NCBI GenBank assembly: GCA_009602725.1
Contig: WELB01000008.1
Span: forward strand, 676,284-716,894
From: Spirogloea muscicola
Taxonomy: Eukaryota
Reading direction: 5' to 3'
Length of the DNA: 40,611 nt
Both the position numbers and the translations under genes were made by a program. Shown one piece after another: positions 13,501-26,700 of this stretch (positions are counted from its first letter, which is position 1; every line of letters starts with the position of its first letter). The notes under the pieces were generated by a model. The model made no database searches, had not been told where the DNA came from, and saw nothing but the letters and a program-made list of their open reading frames with translations.

Positions 13501-16500
13501 TGCATGACTTGTTGCCCGCGTCTGCTATTCTAAGACATATTGTGTCAGAACAACAATCAATACCTGCCCATGTCAGCTGCCGCACGAAGAACAGGATCCA
13601 GTCGATTGAGGAGTAAAGAGAGAGACGCAGCTGAACCTGCCCTCACCATTTCCTCTGTAAAGATTGACACCTGCAGAGGGTAGGCTCATGAACGTCAAAG
13701 TCAAGCATGACTCAAAGTCATGAATGCCAACCTCCGCACATGCTAGTTAGCTGTGCAACCTTGCTCCTGGTGCAAATCAGATTGACATCAGGGCAGCTGC
13801 CTGACTGTGGCAGTTAAGCTATCTCCGAGATGAAGAAGCTGCTGTGGCTCATGTGAACGCACCGCCCATTTGTCAACGTTAAGCTTTGCTCCGAGGTACT
13901 CCGCTGATGGCTGCAGGATTGTGTGGAAGTACTCCGACTTATCAGCAAGGGCCAAGCGAGTCCTATCCATGACAGCCTTTGCCCTCAGTGCCCAATCATC
14001 CTTGCCAGTTTTGCAGATGTCCAGGACCGTGTACCAATCCTGCACCCACCAATTGGAGCTAAGGTCAATTCTTTGACATGGTGTAAGTGACCCTGGATCC
14101 ATGTAAGAGCCACAATACCACAAGCTCTGTGGCACAAAAGCGCATGGAAATTGGTTGCTGAGATTTGCCTTCATTATGTTGGGAGAGCCTTGACTACAAG
14201 TTTAACCAGCATAAGCGGCTGCTTCATTGCATTAAAAGCAAAATCGTACTGAATTGTGATCAGAGCAGAATAAAGATGTGACAAAGAACTTCATCACCTT
14301 GAGGCAGTACACAAGCTCCTCGTTACGATCACTTGTGAGACACAAATTCTCGACCACAAGGCTGACTAGGTAGATAATTTGCTGGATGTTGACAATAACA
14401 CGAGGTGACATATCAGCACCTGTCTGCCGCAACTTTAAGAAGAGTGCTACAATGCAACACGGCGATGGATTGTCATTCATTCACTCTCATACTGGCAGGT
14501 TTCTCAAGTGCAACTTGAAAGGATCACGTACACTAGGGTCACTGGAGAGGTTCTCAAAAGAGCGTTCAACAGCGGTTCGAACAGTGGAATCAAGAGAAAG
14601 GTCGAGGAATATTATGTCTTTTAGTCTATCGTGTGGTTTCAGCAGTGTTGGTCGCAGCTCTGCGCGAGCCTCGACCAGTCCCTGCAGGACACAACGCACT
14701 ATGTCAGGCTTTCATAGCCAGTCATTCAGGACATCCAAAATCTGTGTGATCCCATATGTAGCATGCTACACAAGTATGCTTGCAGGGTAAGATAGATGCA
14801 GTAACTTGATTAAAGTCACCTCAATAAGTGGGATGGTATCGCGGTCTTCCACGTGCTCAAGTACAAATTGCAACATATGCTGCACCAGTATAGCAAGCAG
14901 ATCAGCTGCTGCAAGTAAGGCATCTTGACAGAGGTACATAGACTTGTATGGAGCATATTGACTGCCTGGTCTGACATGCTTTCCTAATTGCTTGCCATGT
15001 ACTGGTATGTAGGCAACATACAGGCAAGTCGTTGGAAAGGCCACTGATAGGATGGATCTCAAAGCCTTTCATGAAGTCCTGCAGCCATTGGACAATGCAT
15101 GTTAATTGACTACAAACGGCGTGAGCACTTCTGTGCAGGCCAGGATGACCACCTCGTCAAGATCAACTTATATCATAACATATATCATTGACCAGTGGAC
15201 CAATACATGTGCAGGAGAATGCTCAAGATCAGTCTCACACATGGCTTGTGCAGCTCAAAGAGCCGCATATGCAGCAGAACTAAATATCAGTGGGTAGCCA
15301 TGTGCAGAAAACTGTACCTCTGGAACATCTTGCTTGCACCCCATGCAAATAGCAATGGCAGATTCCAGATCTGCCCCAGAGTGCACAGCCTGGCATGCAA
15401 TACAAATAAGGTGCAGGGTGAACCGGCGGCCCGTATATGCACAGGTGCTCCGCATCTCAAAGGCAGGCAAAGGTGCATGCAGCTGCCACGCCTACCACCT
15501 CAAGAACTTACCTTGAGGGACTTCATGTAGGCTTTGAGATCACGAATGAGACCGTCCTTCTGGTCCATCCTCAATTTTGGCTCGGACACAATGGGCCGAT
15601 CATAACTGGCAAGCCGCTCCTTTGTGACGCCGCTGGCTTGAAGTGTAGCCCAGTACACATCCATGTCCAGGTCGGCTTGAAGGTGGTCTATCAGTGCCTG
15701 CAGAAGGTGCACCTTGGAGAATGTAAGCTTAACGCAGACAATGCATCTGCTAACATGCCTGAGCAGGTCCAATCACCAATTCGTCAAAGCAATAAATGAT
15801 ATTACTGTGACAGCTGATGACATAGTACGCTCGTCTGATGACATAGTACGCTCGCAGGGACTGGACTCTGACCTGGCAGATGACAACGTCATCTGGACTA
15901 GTGTTGTTGTGAAGCTTCTGATGCCACTCCTCCATCATACCACCTTTGCAGTCATTGTGTCTCTACCAAACACGTCCAGGGCACTTGTGTCAGCACATGA
16001 ATAACCTTGAACAAAGTCGTCCATCTTGGCCCACATCTTACGGAAGGACCAAGTCGTGTAGCTGCCGCAGGTCAACATGGACACCGAATTGACAGTGCTC
16101 ACGAGCAACTTGCTCACCTGAATTACAAGGATTTCATCACGGATCCGCTGTCCAACATCACCCTCTGCTCCACGCCCAACTGTTGCCATGACCATCCGCA
16201 CTAGCTCCCTCACTTGAGGCTTATCCTGGAAGGTTCGCCTGAGTACGTCATTCAGTCTATCCTGCGCAGCACTGATCTCTCTGCACATCCACAAGCAAGC
16301 AGACAGAGCAAGTGGACAAATCAGTCAGCATCAAGGGTAGCGGACCTGTTTTTCTGCGCCCAACGATACAGTCACTGAATGAAGTATCCTTCATGATCTT
16401 TCTGTCATGTCATATGTGGCGCACCTGCAAGCATGACAAGCGTTCTGTGCACGCCAGAACAACGCGCTTATATCTTACCGTGGCTTCACATTGTAGTTCT

Positions 16501-19500
16501 TGTTCCAGATTAGCTGACGGGTGGCCATGTATCTGAACCAAACAAGTAGAGCTGCAAGCTCCAGCTCACCCCCACCTTTGGCTTGTTCTGCGAACCCTGC
16601 CCCAATGTTGAACCTGCAGTCAAAGCAATTTGCCACTGGGCATGGTCACTTTGGTCATCGTTGCCGGTACGTTGGCCAGTACACCACTACCACAAAGCAC
16701 TAAAGAAAACAGACGCAAGCATTGAGAGTGGTCAACAAACAGAAAATTTGACTTTATACTTGCTCATTTTGTACTTAGATACTGAATTCAGGAAGAGGAG
16801 TGCATGATATGCCATCGTGTTTGCTAGTCATACCGATGCATCAAAGACCGTTGTGCCTCAGTTTCCTGGTCAGCAATCTGGTCAAGCAGCCACCGAGCTG
16901 TACCCTTCCCATCCCCGACAGCAGCAGCCTGCAAAAATGTGTGCCAGAAACCATGAAGACCTTCAACAGACAGTAAATTCACCACGTGTATGTACACCTC
17001 GAGTATGTTGGCAACTCCAACACTGAATCTGGCTTTGCCAAATTCCAACGAGACTTGTTCCTGCCAAGACTAGACAGATTAGTTGAACATTTTGGAGGAA
17101 ATTGGTTACCATACCTTATTTGGATCTGGCTTGGGGATCCTGATGGGCGCATAGAAATCTGCACCAAGATCCTTGATGTAGTTGTTGTCTCCCTCCTTGA
17201 CTAGGAAAGAAACTCCCTTAATGTCCTTGGACGCCTTCGCAAGGTCAATCTCCACAGACTGCAACCAGATAGCGCTTGTCAGATGCATCCCATTAACAAT
17301 GAACTGGCCATTCAAGCTATCATTGAAGCAGCCTGCTAGCAAATGTACTCACTCTTGAGTGTTTCGTACATTGCACAGAACCCCTGACTTGCCCTAGTCT
17401 GCAGTCACAGGTTAGAAAGCATCAAGGCACCTGCAAGGTGTCTTCACCAGCAAACCCCTTCTTGAACGGGCTTTCTCCCGGAGTCTGCAGGCAGGATTGC
17501 AGGCACACATTCATCAGTCAGTGCAGACCATGAAGAAGTCAAAGCACGTGCCTAAGAGTTCACGATGTTGTCTTATCAAGGGGCTTCTTCAATAACTTGT
17601 TGAACACTACCTACGAGAAGGATGCCATGCTACTTACCAACCATTCATTTCCTTTGCCCTTGACCATGCCCCACACAAATGCAAGGGACCCGTTCATTCC
17701 AGTGGCAACCCTCAGCTTAAGCTCACCCCCTGGATTGGTCACCAACACCTGTCATACCCAAGCCTTGACGTAGTTGAAACAAAGTTCACACTGCAGCCTT
17801 ACGTGATCGTCAGTATCTGACAACTTGCTAATAATCACATGGAACTTCAATAAAGGTTTACGTGCCCATTACCAAAAGCTGCTCTTCTCCAATCTTGTAC
17901 ACTTTCTTGTGAACCACCTTGTTGTCATCATTGCCTTCCATGACCTGAGCTCCCAGCTCCAGTGGTGTCGGTTCTGGCGGAGGAGGAGGCTCCATACCCT
18001 CCGTGGCAGCGGGCCCGAAACGGTTGATGAGCTCCATGGCGTCACGCTTCTTCCTGGTTATTGTTGTCGTGGATGGGGGTGGCTTCACCTGCGGAGGAGG
18101 AGGTGCTGCAACCTCCTTCTTCCCGCCTGTAAACCGCTGCCTGATGTCGTCAACTGTGGCTCCAGATAGGACCTCCTTCTGGAGATCTTTGCGGGCTTCA
18201 GCGAAGTTCCGCTGCCAGATACAACCACAGGAACAGCCTCATAATGAGTATAACTGCACAGGTATCCCTGCAATTGCTGGATTGGCGCAAAAACTTCAGC
18301 ATCAGCGCAACAGAAGAGAAGTTTCAAATACCTGCTCTTGCTCGGGCGAGTAGTTTTGCTTTCCATCTCTCTCCCAGCGAATGTATGATTGTATGGCAAC
18401 AAGCTCATCCGGTATGTCAGGTGCTGGCGGCTCCGCCACAGCGATCTCACTCTTAGCAGACCCGTTTGACTCGCCTTCTTGCAGGCGCCTCCGCAGGTCC
18501 TCCACAGAGGTTCCAGCCTGGACTTCCTTTCTCAAAGAACTCCTTGCCTCCTCGTACTCAGACTGCATACTCAGATGCAGACCACATTTACCAGGAGCAC
18601 ACGCAGCACCCTCAAACAAGCCACGTTGTGCAGGTGTTCAAGGATTTGCAGGAGGAACTTGGTCACATGCGTGTACAAAAGCCCGTAGCATTTAACTGCA
18701 TTGTTCACAGTAGCACTTGTCATGCATGCTGCCTGCATGCGCGCAACTTCTCATCGGAACCATAACCACTAGACAAAGCTTGATGTTCAGACCAATAACC
18801 ACCTTGAGCACATCAAACCCCCAGCCATGCCACTAGGCTACTCCTCTCCTCAACGAAGCTCACCTCTAGTCAACAGATTTCCACCTCGCAACAGGACACA
18901 ACAACCCCTCAAAACTCTTTGGCACCTGAGAGGCAAGCAACAAGCAGGTGTTTACAGACCTTCTCCTGCTCTGGTGAATATGTCTGCTTGCCGTTGCGCT
19001 CCCACCGCAAGTAGGATTCAATGCCTACAAGATCTTCTGGGATCACAATGTCCTCAAGAGGTATCTCTCCAGTGGGCTTTGGCAAGTCCACGTGGAAATT
19101 CTTGTTGTTGTTCTTGTACCTGCAGGGTGGTGATGGTCCCATTTTCGCATCTCAAGCCCATCAAAGTGTCCTTCTGCATCCTGTTGCAGAAGAAGGGGGG
19201 CCCCCATGGCAAATGACAAGCATATGACAAGGTAGGGAGTCTCTAGACCCACCAGGAGTTGGTGCCCTCATCCTTAATAGTGAACTCAATGGCCTGGAAT
19301 AGCAGGTCCTTGAGCTCAATCTTGAGCATGGCAACACCATCAGCCTGCAGTTCATTGATCTGATCGTAGTGTTACTGATACAACAAAGCCACATACATAA
19401 CCCCTGTCATCCAAACCAAGACAATGCTCATATGTAGAAAAACCCCCCCAAAGCCAAAGAACCTCCGTGAACACCATCTTGAGTACCTCGACAAAAGGAG

Positions 19501-20515
19501 ACTGCAATGCCCGGTTCTTGTAGTTGCGCGTGCCTTCTGGCTGGTCTGGAGGTAGCACCCAGCCGCTGTAGAGGTCAGTCATACGGGTGAGAATTAAATC
19601 GAGGAAGTGTTGCAAGAAATAGGGGAAGCCAGTAAACACCTAAACACTATGTCTTTAGAGGGCCAAGGAGCGAGCTTATAATATGTGGCAGCTGGAAGTC
19701 CAGAGTGCACATGGGAATCCTCAGAAGCTGCAAATTAGCAGTTATTGTTTCAAGATTGAGCAAGAACTCACTCTTTGCCCAGACGGAGGGCCCCCCAGTG
19801 AGCCACCACCGGGGCATGGACCAGATCACCGCCTGACAGTTTCAGCTCCACATATGGCCGTGCACCATTGATGGAGCCAACCGCTCTGATCTGCAGAAGC
19901 CTCACTCAAAAAATTGTCAGCACCTCACATTGCACTGGAAGTAGTTCCCTGTGCAATTAATGGTTCACCAAATCATCTCCAGCTCCTCCTGGACGATATC
20001 TGCACTCAATCGGTCCTTGTAGGTGTTGCAAGCCCTCAGGTGGCTGAGACTGAATATGGGTGGCTTAGTTGTATCAGGTTGAGTGTAATGTGTGGGGAGA
20101 GACACCAGATGATTTAATGCTGCAAGCCGTGGGGAGGTTATTCACCTCGAGCTGGGTGCCGGCCCCAAGCTCATGCATCTCCTCAACCTGGTCAGCAGGG
20201 CAGGAGGACGTGAGAGCCCGCACGTACCTCCAGGTGTGCGTGGCTAGCTACTTTCTTCATGTTGCACATTGAGTGAGAGAGCCTGTGCTGTGCTGCTGTC
20301 CGACACCGCCTCTGGACTATCTGCAATGCTTGCAAGCATGCCAAGATTCGGCGGCAGCCAGACTCAGATGAGTTAGCCAACCTCAGCAGGTGCCCCTTCC
20401 GTCGCAACGGCAGCCCGGGGCGGAGCGGGAGGCCGCGCCCGGCGGCCTCCGCGGCCGCCGGGGCTGTCGACCAGAGCGGGGCCTCCGGAGAAGAACGGAG
20501 CCGCCGCCGCCGCCG
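10517..20515 (-). CDS. GWD1: Alpha-glucan water dikinase (GWD1/SEX1/R1 type), multi-exon; start codon not visible (N at 20516)
   Basis: Transit-peptide-like end PRAAVATEGAPAE; CBM45 motifs (VVAHWG, GWVLPPDQPEGTRNYKNRALQSPF); two SYL/IRWER repeats; MEEWHQKLHNNTSPDDVVICQ; phosphohistidine motif TPDMPDVLSHVSVRARN (about 13205-13260); VWASKWNERAY; IFRSDSNGEDLEGYAGAGLYD; C-terminal VVQTRPQM then TAG (10517-10519). Confidence 0.97.
15814..15854. repeat. Tandem duplication (21-bp period, 2 copies) in a GWD intron
   Basis: CTGATGACATAGTACGCTCG occurs identically at 15814-15833 and 15835-15854. Confidence 0.9.
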
Positions 20516-20516
20516 N
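20516..20516. other. Single-N assembly placeholder next to a GCC run in GWD exon 1
   Basis: Literal n in the sequence; treated as one base it shifts the plausible reading frame. Confidence 0.9.
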
Positions 20517-20719
20517 GAGGAGCGAAGGAGAGGCCGGCGAGGGCGAAGCCGGCGGCGGATGGCACTCGCGGCGCCGCCGCCGCTGCCGCCGCGGTCGCCG
20601 CCGGGGACTGGTGAGCCGTGGAGGCGCGCAACTGCAGCCGATGTCGAGTGGTGAATGTGGCTGCTAATACAAGGAGAGTGGCTGAGTCAGGAAATGTTAG
20701 GGGGCGGGGGCATGTGAAT

Positions 20720-20832
20720 GGCCAGCCCAGAAAGGAATGAAAGCCTTGCAAAGTTTCCAAAAGCGAGCCCGAAGGAGAGAAATGTGGAGGGGGCAAGACA
20801 GGGAGGTAAGGGCTGTTAACAGCCAGCCCGGA
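20720..20832 (-). repeat. GGGCTGGC-hairpin repeat family, cluster proximal to GWD
   Basis: GGCCAGCCCAGAAAG at about 20720 and AAGGGCTGTTAACAGCCAGCCCGGAAG at about 20808-20834 are reverse-orientation copies of the family core. Confidence 0.6.
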
Positions 20833-20967
20833 AGATGCCAAAAACTCTGGAAAAAGGAGAAGAAGAAATTGGATTGTTAGGCAAAGGAAAGAGAAGGAAG
20901 TCAGATGAGGGGGATGATGAGCAGACTGTCGAGGTTTGGAGCTCCTCCCAGGCCCCCCTGGCGAAGC

Positions 20968-21167
20968 GCCACGCGGCAGAGCCAGTGCCTCCCACGTGGC
21001 GGGGTGCACCCCCCGCCCGGATCGGCCGCCACGCGGCGCGGCCTCGCGGGGCCGGCGGTCGACGGGCCGGGGGCCCCTCTCGCCTCGCAGGGGCCTGACG
21101 GCCTGACCCGCCTGATGGACCTGACGCTGACGACCTGACGTCCCTGCGCGCCTCGCCCCCATGCATG
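20968..21167 (-). promoter_or_regulatory. GC-rich promoter island upstream of GWD with ABRE/G-box, CGCG-type boxes, TGACG repeats and an RY motif
   Basis: CACGTGGC at 20993-21000; CCACGCGG at 20969 and 21029; TGACG at 21096, 21122, 21128, 21136; CATGCATG at 21160-21167. Function is inferred from land-plant cis-element consensus. Confidence 0.5.
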
Positions 21168-21321
21168 GCCGCCCCAGTCCCCTCGCGGCCTGTTGGTGCT
21201 TCCGGGTCTGGAAGAACGTGCTCTCCCCTGGTGTCGTGCCTTAGCTGCGGCCTTGAACCCCAGCCAGGGGACCCGTTACCAGGACAACACTCGCTCCCAT
21301 CTGCGGCTGCTTAGTAGGAGT

Positions 21322-21540
21322 CACCGAGTGTTCCGTAGCTGCTTGATTACTGTGTGTTTTAGCGCTTTCCTTGGCCCCTTCCGAACTTTGTTCATTCTTT
21401 TCTCTGGGCTGGCCTCTCCCAGCCATAGTCCTCTCCTGGAAGCGTCTTCTCACCAAAGGCGAGGGCTGTGAAAGACTGGCAGTGGCTCTTCCAAAGGAGG
21501 CGAGGGCTGTGAACAGCTAGCCCGAAAGGCCAGCCCGGAA
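21322..21540. repeat. GGGCTGGC-hairpin repeat family copy (forward unit followed by reverse modules)
   Basis: 21360-21448 aligns closely with the reverse complement of 35077-35163; leader GAGTGTTCCGTAGCTGCTT is shared with about 34912 and 39086. Confidence 0.85.
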
Positions 21541-23718
21541 CCAAACAGCTCGTTGAAAGTAAGGCGGTGGCATGGACAGCAGGTTCGTGCAGTGTGTGTG
21601 GCTGGTGACAAGATGGACAATGACGAATGCTGCATGGCAAGTCCAGCCACTTCATCACAGAGTGACACGCCGCGACAGTGACATTTCTAATCTTGCCCTC
21701 CGGCCGAGCTCCCTAGATTCCTACTTCCGCAAATCCGTTGAGCTGCCACTCTTGCAGCCCCAGTCACAAGTTGCCCTGGGAAGCGGCTCCTGATTGTAAG
21801 CCCGGGACTTGCAGGCTCTTGTATTTGTGCGCTGTGAAAGCATCTATTCCCCGTGACCGGCAGCTGTGAAGCACACACCAGAGTGGGACGAAGAAGCAGT
21901 GACGCTCTCAGTGCCACTGAGAAGGAGCGGCTCAGATCGCACTTCAGAACACAGACTTGACAGAATCGCTCGTGCTAGAGACCGCATGGCGGGGCCTTGG
22001 CAAGGAGGTGACTTAAGACCGGAGTATGTCACTTGGCACGAAGACAGGCGCCCTGCAGCAGGCCAGTCAGAGAAGATCCACATGCAGAATGCTTGGATAG
22101 CCGATCGAGCAGCCAACAGTCATGATTGCGACAGGCTACCACGCGGAGTAGGAGTGTAGTCATATCTCGAGCAGCAGGCAGATGCTGACGCTTGGTTTGT
22201 GTTATTAAAAGTACGTTGTCAAGAGAGAGCTGTTGATGGGCCCAATCATGACAGAAGAAAGGGAGCATTCCCATGACGAGGGTGGTTTCTATGGCTGGCA
22301 CCCACAGAAGAGTGACAAGTCGTGTGCACATCAAGATGAGAAACGGTGTGAGGTCCTTTTGACGGTGTAGAGGCATGTATGACTCAGGGCACCACTCATC
22401 TTACAATGTATACAGCAGAATATTCTGCCCCTGGGTATGGGGCTACTCAAAATGCCCTACACGATAGACAGTCCTGCAAGCCATCGATGCCTCACAGCTT
22501 TCAGATTGAAGCCAAGTTCACATGTTTTGGAACGACTGCGCCATCTCTATACATCACCTCTGAGTGAGGAACGTGCTCTCTTCTTGAGAAAAGGACTCAG
22601 CATGACTGTGTGCTATGCAGGCGCACTGCAGAACAAGAGACTTCCCTGCTCTTCCTTTGCTTCCACAAACAGCTGCCCATTGCGAGGACAGCGACGACAT
22701 GCAGGCGCACAGAGCAGCTTTCCACAATCAACGTCTGACGTGCAATTTGCAGATGGATGTCCCAAGAGCCTGCAACGTACACAGCTAGACATATTATTGC
22801 CTAGAATGCAGAGAGGCTTGCAAGGAAGGTAAAACATTAACAGCACCACAAATTGCTCAGCGCTATCCGAATGTTTTACACTGTTGCAAGGTAGCAGAAG
22901 TTGTTGACTTGCAGTGACAACCTAGCCGCACACCAAAAGCAACCCTACTCCATTGAAGCGCTCTGTAGGAGATACTAGAGCCTCTTATTATGATTCAGCA
23001 ATACTCTGCCTGCATGATTCTCCTTCCCAAGATGCTACGTGCACAGCAGGATCAACTTTTGTCATGTTGATGCTGAAGACGGGCCAATGACTGCGAAGCA
23101 CTGCCTTGGGAGCTAGATGGCACCGTTTACACGAGCAATTTGGTCTCCACGACTATCACGACGAGAGTGGAAAATCAAAATGGGAACAGGCATGATAACG
23201 TACTGTGAAGTCATGGAAAATGAATAGATGTACATCAAGTCAAAGTTGCTAGGCCAGTGTCATACATTATTACATCATGCATTTGGCACATGGCAGAAGA
23301 GTGGCTAACAATGTCGATCGCACATACCGCCTGTAATGAGACCGAGTCAGGGCTCTAAGCCTCATATGGGCCACCAACACCTATGCTAGCAGGGATGATG
23401 TGACATATTGACGTGACATCATGTCACGATGTTCTAGCATGATGGATATGTACACTGCAGTATCGAACATAATCTACCAGCAGACAGGTGTAAGGTACGA
23501 AGTCTCGGCACACTGCCATGCCACCGCCAAGTCCAAGCTGGGCACTAATACCATGTAATAATATGTCTGCTCCTCCCAAGATGCCCATGTCATGTGCGAC
23601 ACAGAGCAGAGTACAGTACACCTGCCTGCAAGTCGCCAGCCTCCCAGCTGATCAAGTGCATCCGAGATACTAAACTGAATAACCCTGTGTGCTGACTATC
23701 TTGCAGGACTGCATACAT

Positions 23719-26700
23719 TCAAAGAGTGTATGCCTTATCAACGGAGTCCATGTTCTCCAGATTCTGCATCTTGAGAACAGATTCCACGTGGCCCTGCATA
23801 TGCTCAACAAAACAGCGTTACACGTCCAACAGCCCAAAATAATCGCAAAGCAGTTTCCTAGACAAGAAGCAGACCAGTCTTCCCAAGGTCACGTAAATGC
23901 AGGGAGATGACATGCATTCTGTGCACTAGACACCTGTATGAAGATGGCAACCTGCAATGAGGCCAAGAAGCTTACCCTCAGTGTGTGGCGCTCCCGAAGA
24001 CGTGCAATTTCTGCTCGTCTTCTTGCATCGAGATTGATCTTAGACATGGCCGGGTATCTCCTGTCAATGGGTACACTCTTCTCTCCACCTTGCATCCCGT
24101 GACTTGTCCGCTGCGCATGCGCCCACTGTGATTGCCTCTTGCGCTGCTGGTGATGGTGGTGTGTGAACATTGTCTGCGCAGTGGAGGAAGAAGTATGAGC
24201 CTGACCTGGTCTCACAACTGGGATGCCTCACGCACATACTCTGACTTTGCTTAAAACTTAGAGGTTTAGAGTCTACTTGTTTAGGGGTTAGGTTTTTATG
24301 GGCTAGGAAATGAAAGGTTGTATGGTTTGATCCCCCTGAATCAGCATATAGGTGAAGGAAGGCATGTTGTGATCAGATGCTTTTCCCTGATTCGCATCAT
24401 TGGTCGTCGTCACTGAAGATTACCTTGCTCTGTGTCATGAGATGCCACATCTGGCCGTCCATTGCATACTGCACACCAAGCTTGATGAAATCCATAGGGA
24501 AGTAAAATATCAAGTCATACAGCCAGATCACTCCTGCCCAACCCCAGCCTATGCCACGGATGGGAACAAAACCCCACCTTGCATACACCGAGATGAAGGT
24601 TGCCACCTGAAAGACGAGAAGGAGATCAGGCATCCAGAGGCCCATGTAGAGTCCCAAATGTAAAAGTAGCCTTCTGGATAACCAGTAGTTCTTACGAAGT
24701 GCAACTACCGTCTGATGTCACGTTGTCTTAAATTCAAAACAGATGTAGACTCAATCTGCAAAATCTTGTTCCTGGTAGTCTGACTAGGAAATGCAAGAGC
24801 ACCATGAGAGGTTGTGGTGCTGACTTACAAGCTGAGCAACAATGAAGGATATCATAAGAAGTATCCCGGGTCGCTCTGTGTAGGATATCCTCTGAGCTCT
24901 GGTAACAAAAATGAGCGCCTGGCTCATGATACTCACTTGAAGGTAGAGCGCTGAAGCCAGGCGGCTATTGCTGTGAGAGATATCCTTCACACCAAAGATA
25001 TTCTGCAATGAAGAGGTGACACTGTTCAGGCAAGGGTTTGGCAAGTGATTCAACTCAGAACATGCATGCAATACTGCTCCTACATTTCAGATCTACCATC
25101 ATTAAGGACAATGGCATCAGGTGAGCTGCCACATGGAGAGCACCAAATGGCCGGAGGTCAGGATGTCTTACATGGAACAAGTTTCCCCGCATACCAAGGA
25201 AGAACAGCACGCTGAAGAGAGCTTGATAGAGGCCAAGGGAAATTCCAGTTATGAAAATCTCCCTAAGCTTCCAGCTGTCTGGAGTCTGGCTGGGCTTCAC
25301 TCGATCCTGTGCAGAGGAACATCAAGCCGTTTCAGTCCATTATCGCATCAGCACGCCGAAAGCTTAAAAAAGTGCACAAATTTTCCACTGTGTACTCATG
25401 CCAACAAATGAGCAGGTATAATTCACATAAACATTGGTGGCCTGCAGAACAAGCGGGCACCATGCCCAGTATAAAGTTTGGCAGATGTGGCAAACCTTGG
25501 AGATGGTCATGATAGTGCCGTCATTTAGGAATGCAAGAATGAGCACCATGAAGGGAGGGAAATCATACTTCCAGATAAGAGCTATCAACAAGAAACCAAC
25601 CACCACACGGATGGTGATTGCAGTCGCATAGATGGTATAGTTCTGCAAAATCCCAAAGCTGACGCTTGTCACACAGAAGGCTGTTGATCTCTGATCCTAG
25701 TCTGTGCATCCCGAGAGCCTGCAAGACTACAGAAAAGCACAAACAACAAAAAGCGATCCCTGGCTCGTGCACTCACGACCACCCTGCCATTTCCCTCATT
25801 TTGTGCAGCTTTGCGCATCATGATAGACACAGTTTTGACCTCAAGCTACTCCATACTGAACACCTTCATGGCATACCTTCATGCGTTGGAAGATAACTCG
25901 TGAGCGAAGGATGGCACTAATGATTGTGCTCAAGCCAGGCTCCGTCAGGACAATGTCTGCTGCCTCCCTGGCAGCATCAGTAGCGCCAGCAACTGCAATG
26001 CCAATGTCAGCCTTCTTGAGCGCCGGAGCATCATTGACGCCATCGCCCGTCATGGCAACCAAGTGCTTCCTATCTTGCAACACCTTGACAATGTTGAACT
26101 TGTGCTCTGTCAAAGCAAACAATCAGAACACTTCAGTGCAAAGCTGGAGCCTCCTCAATTGCACTAAGCAGCAAGAATGGTAAGAGGAGCACAATGCAGC
26201 ATGTCACAATCTCAGCTACTGTAGTCAAACAGAGTATTGATACGAAGCATCTCTTTACTGACCTGGATAGACCCCAGCAAACCCGTCTGCTTTTTCCACG
26301 AGCTCCCCCAAGTCTGTGCCTGGTGGCAATTGCTCCTTGCCAGTCATAATGTGAGAAGGGTAGATATTGCTGCCCATTCCTAGTCTGCGAGCAGTCTCCT
26401 TGCCAATTGCTAGCTGATCACCTGCCACCCACATGTGTGCACATCGGAAAAGTCATTCTTAACACACTAGCTGCATGCTGGGAAGCTGGTATAGGCTGCA
26501 AGATAATTCTGAACATGAGTTCCTACAATATGCAGGCTCTACACATGGTTGGAAGTGTAGCGAGGAAGTCCTAGCGAGGAAGTCCTTGGGCACTGTGCAC
26601 CAACAAAGTTTCCTCACTGCTACAAAATGGCCTTGATCTTGCTGCTGACATGCAGCTTTCAATCGTGAAGCCTTTTGCAGACTCCTGTGTCTCTTAAACT

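Noticed and set aside
15814..15854. TGATGA/CTGA motifs suggesting a C/D-box snoRNA
   Set aside because: Antisense to the host GWD intron and fully explained by a simple tandem duplication.
20383..21162. 259-aa minus-strand ORF as the GWD N-terminus
   Set aside because: It runs through the promoter island and repeat copies, crosses the N and leaves the GWD frame; most likely a GC-rich chance ORF.
21572..22850. Short ORFs between GWD and AHA, including a kinase-like THLTMYTAEYSAPGY peptide (22379-22567)
   Set aside because: No DFG or HRD motifs in compatible frames, no coherent exon chain and no recognisable family.
24258..24307. Telomere-like TTTAGGG variants in an AHA intron
   Set aside because: Only one exact TTTAGGG (24280-24286) among degenerate units; too weak to call an interstitial telomeric repeat.
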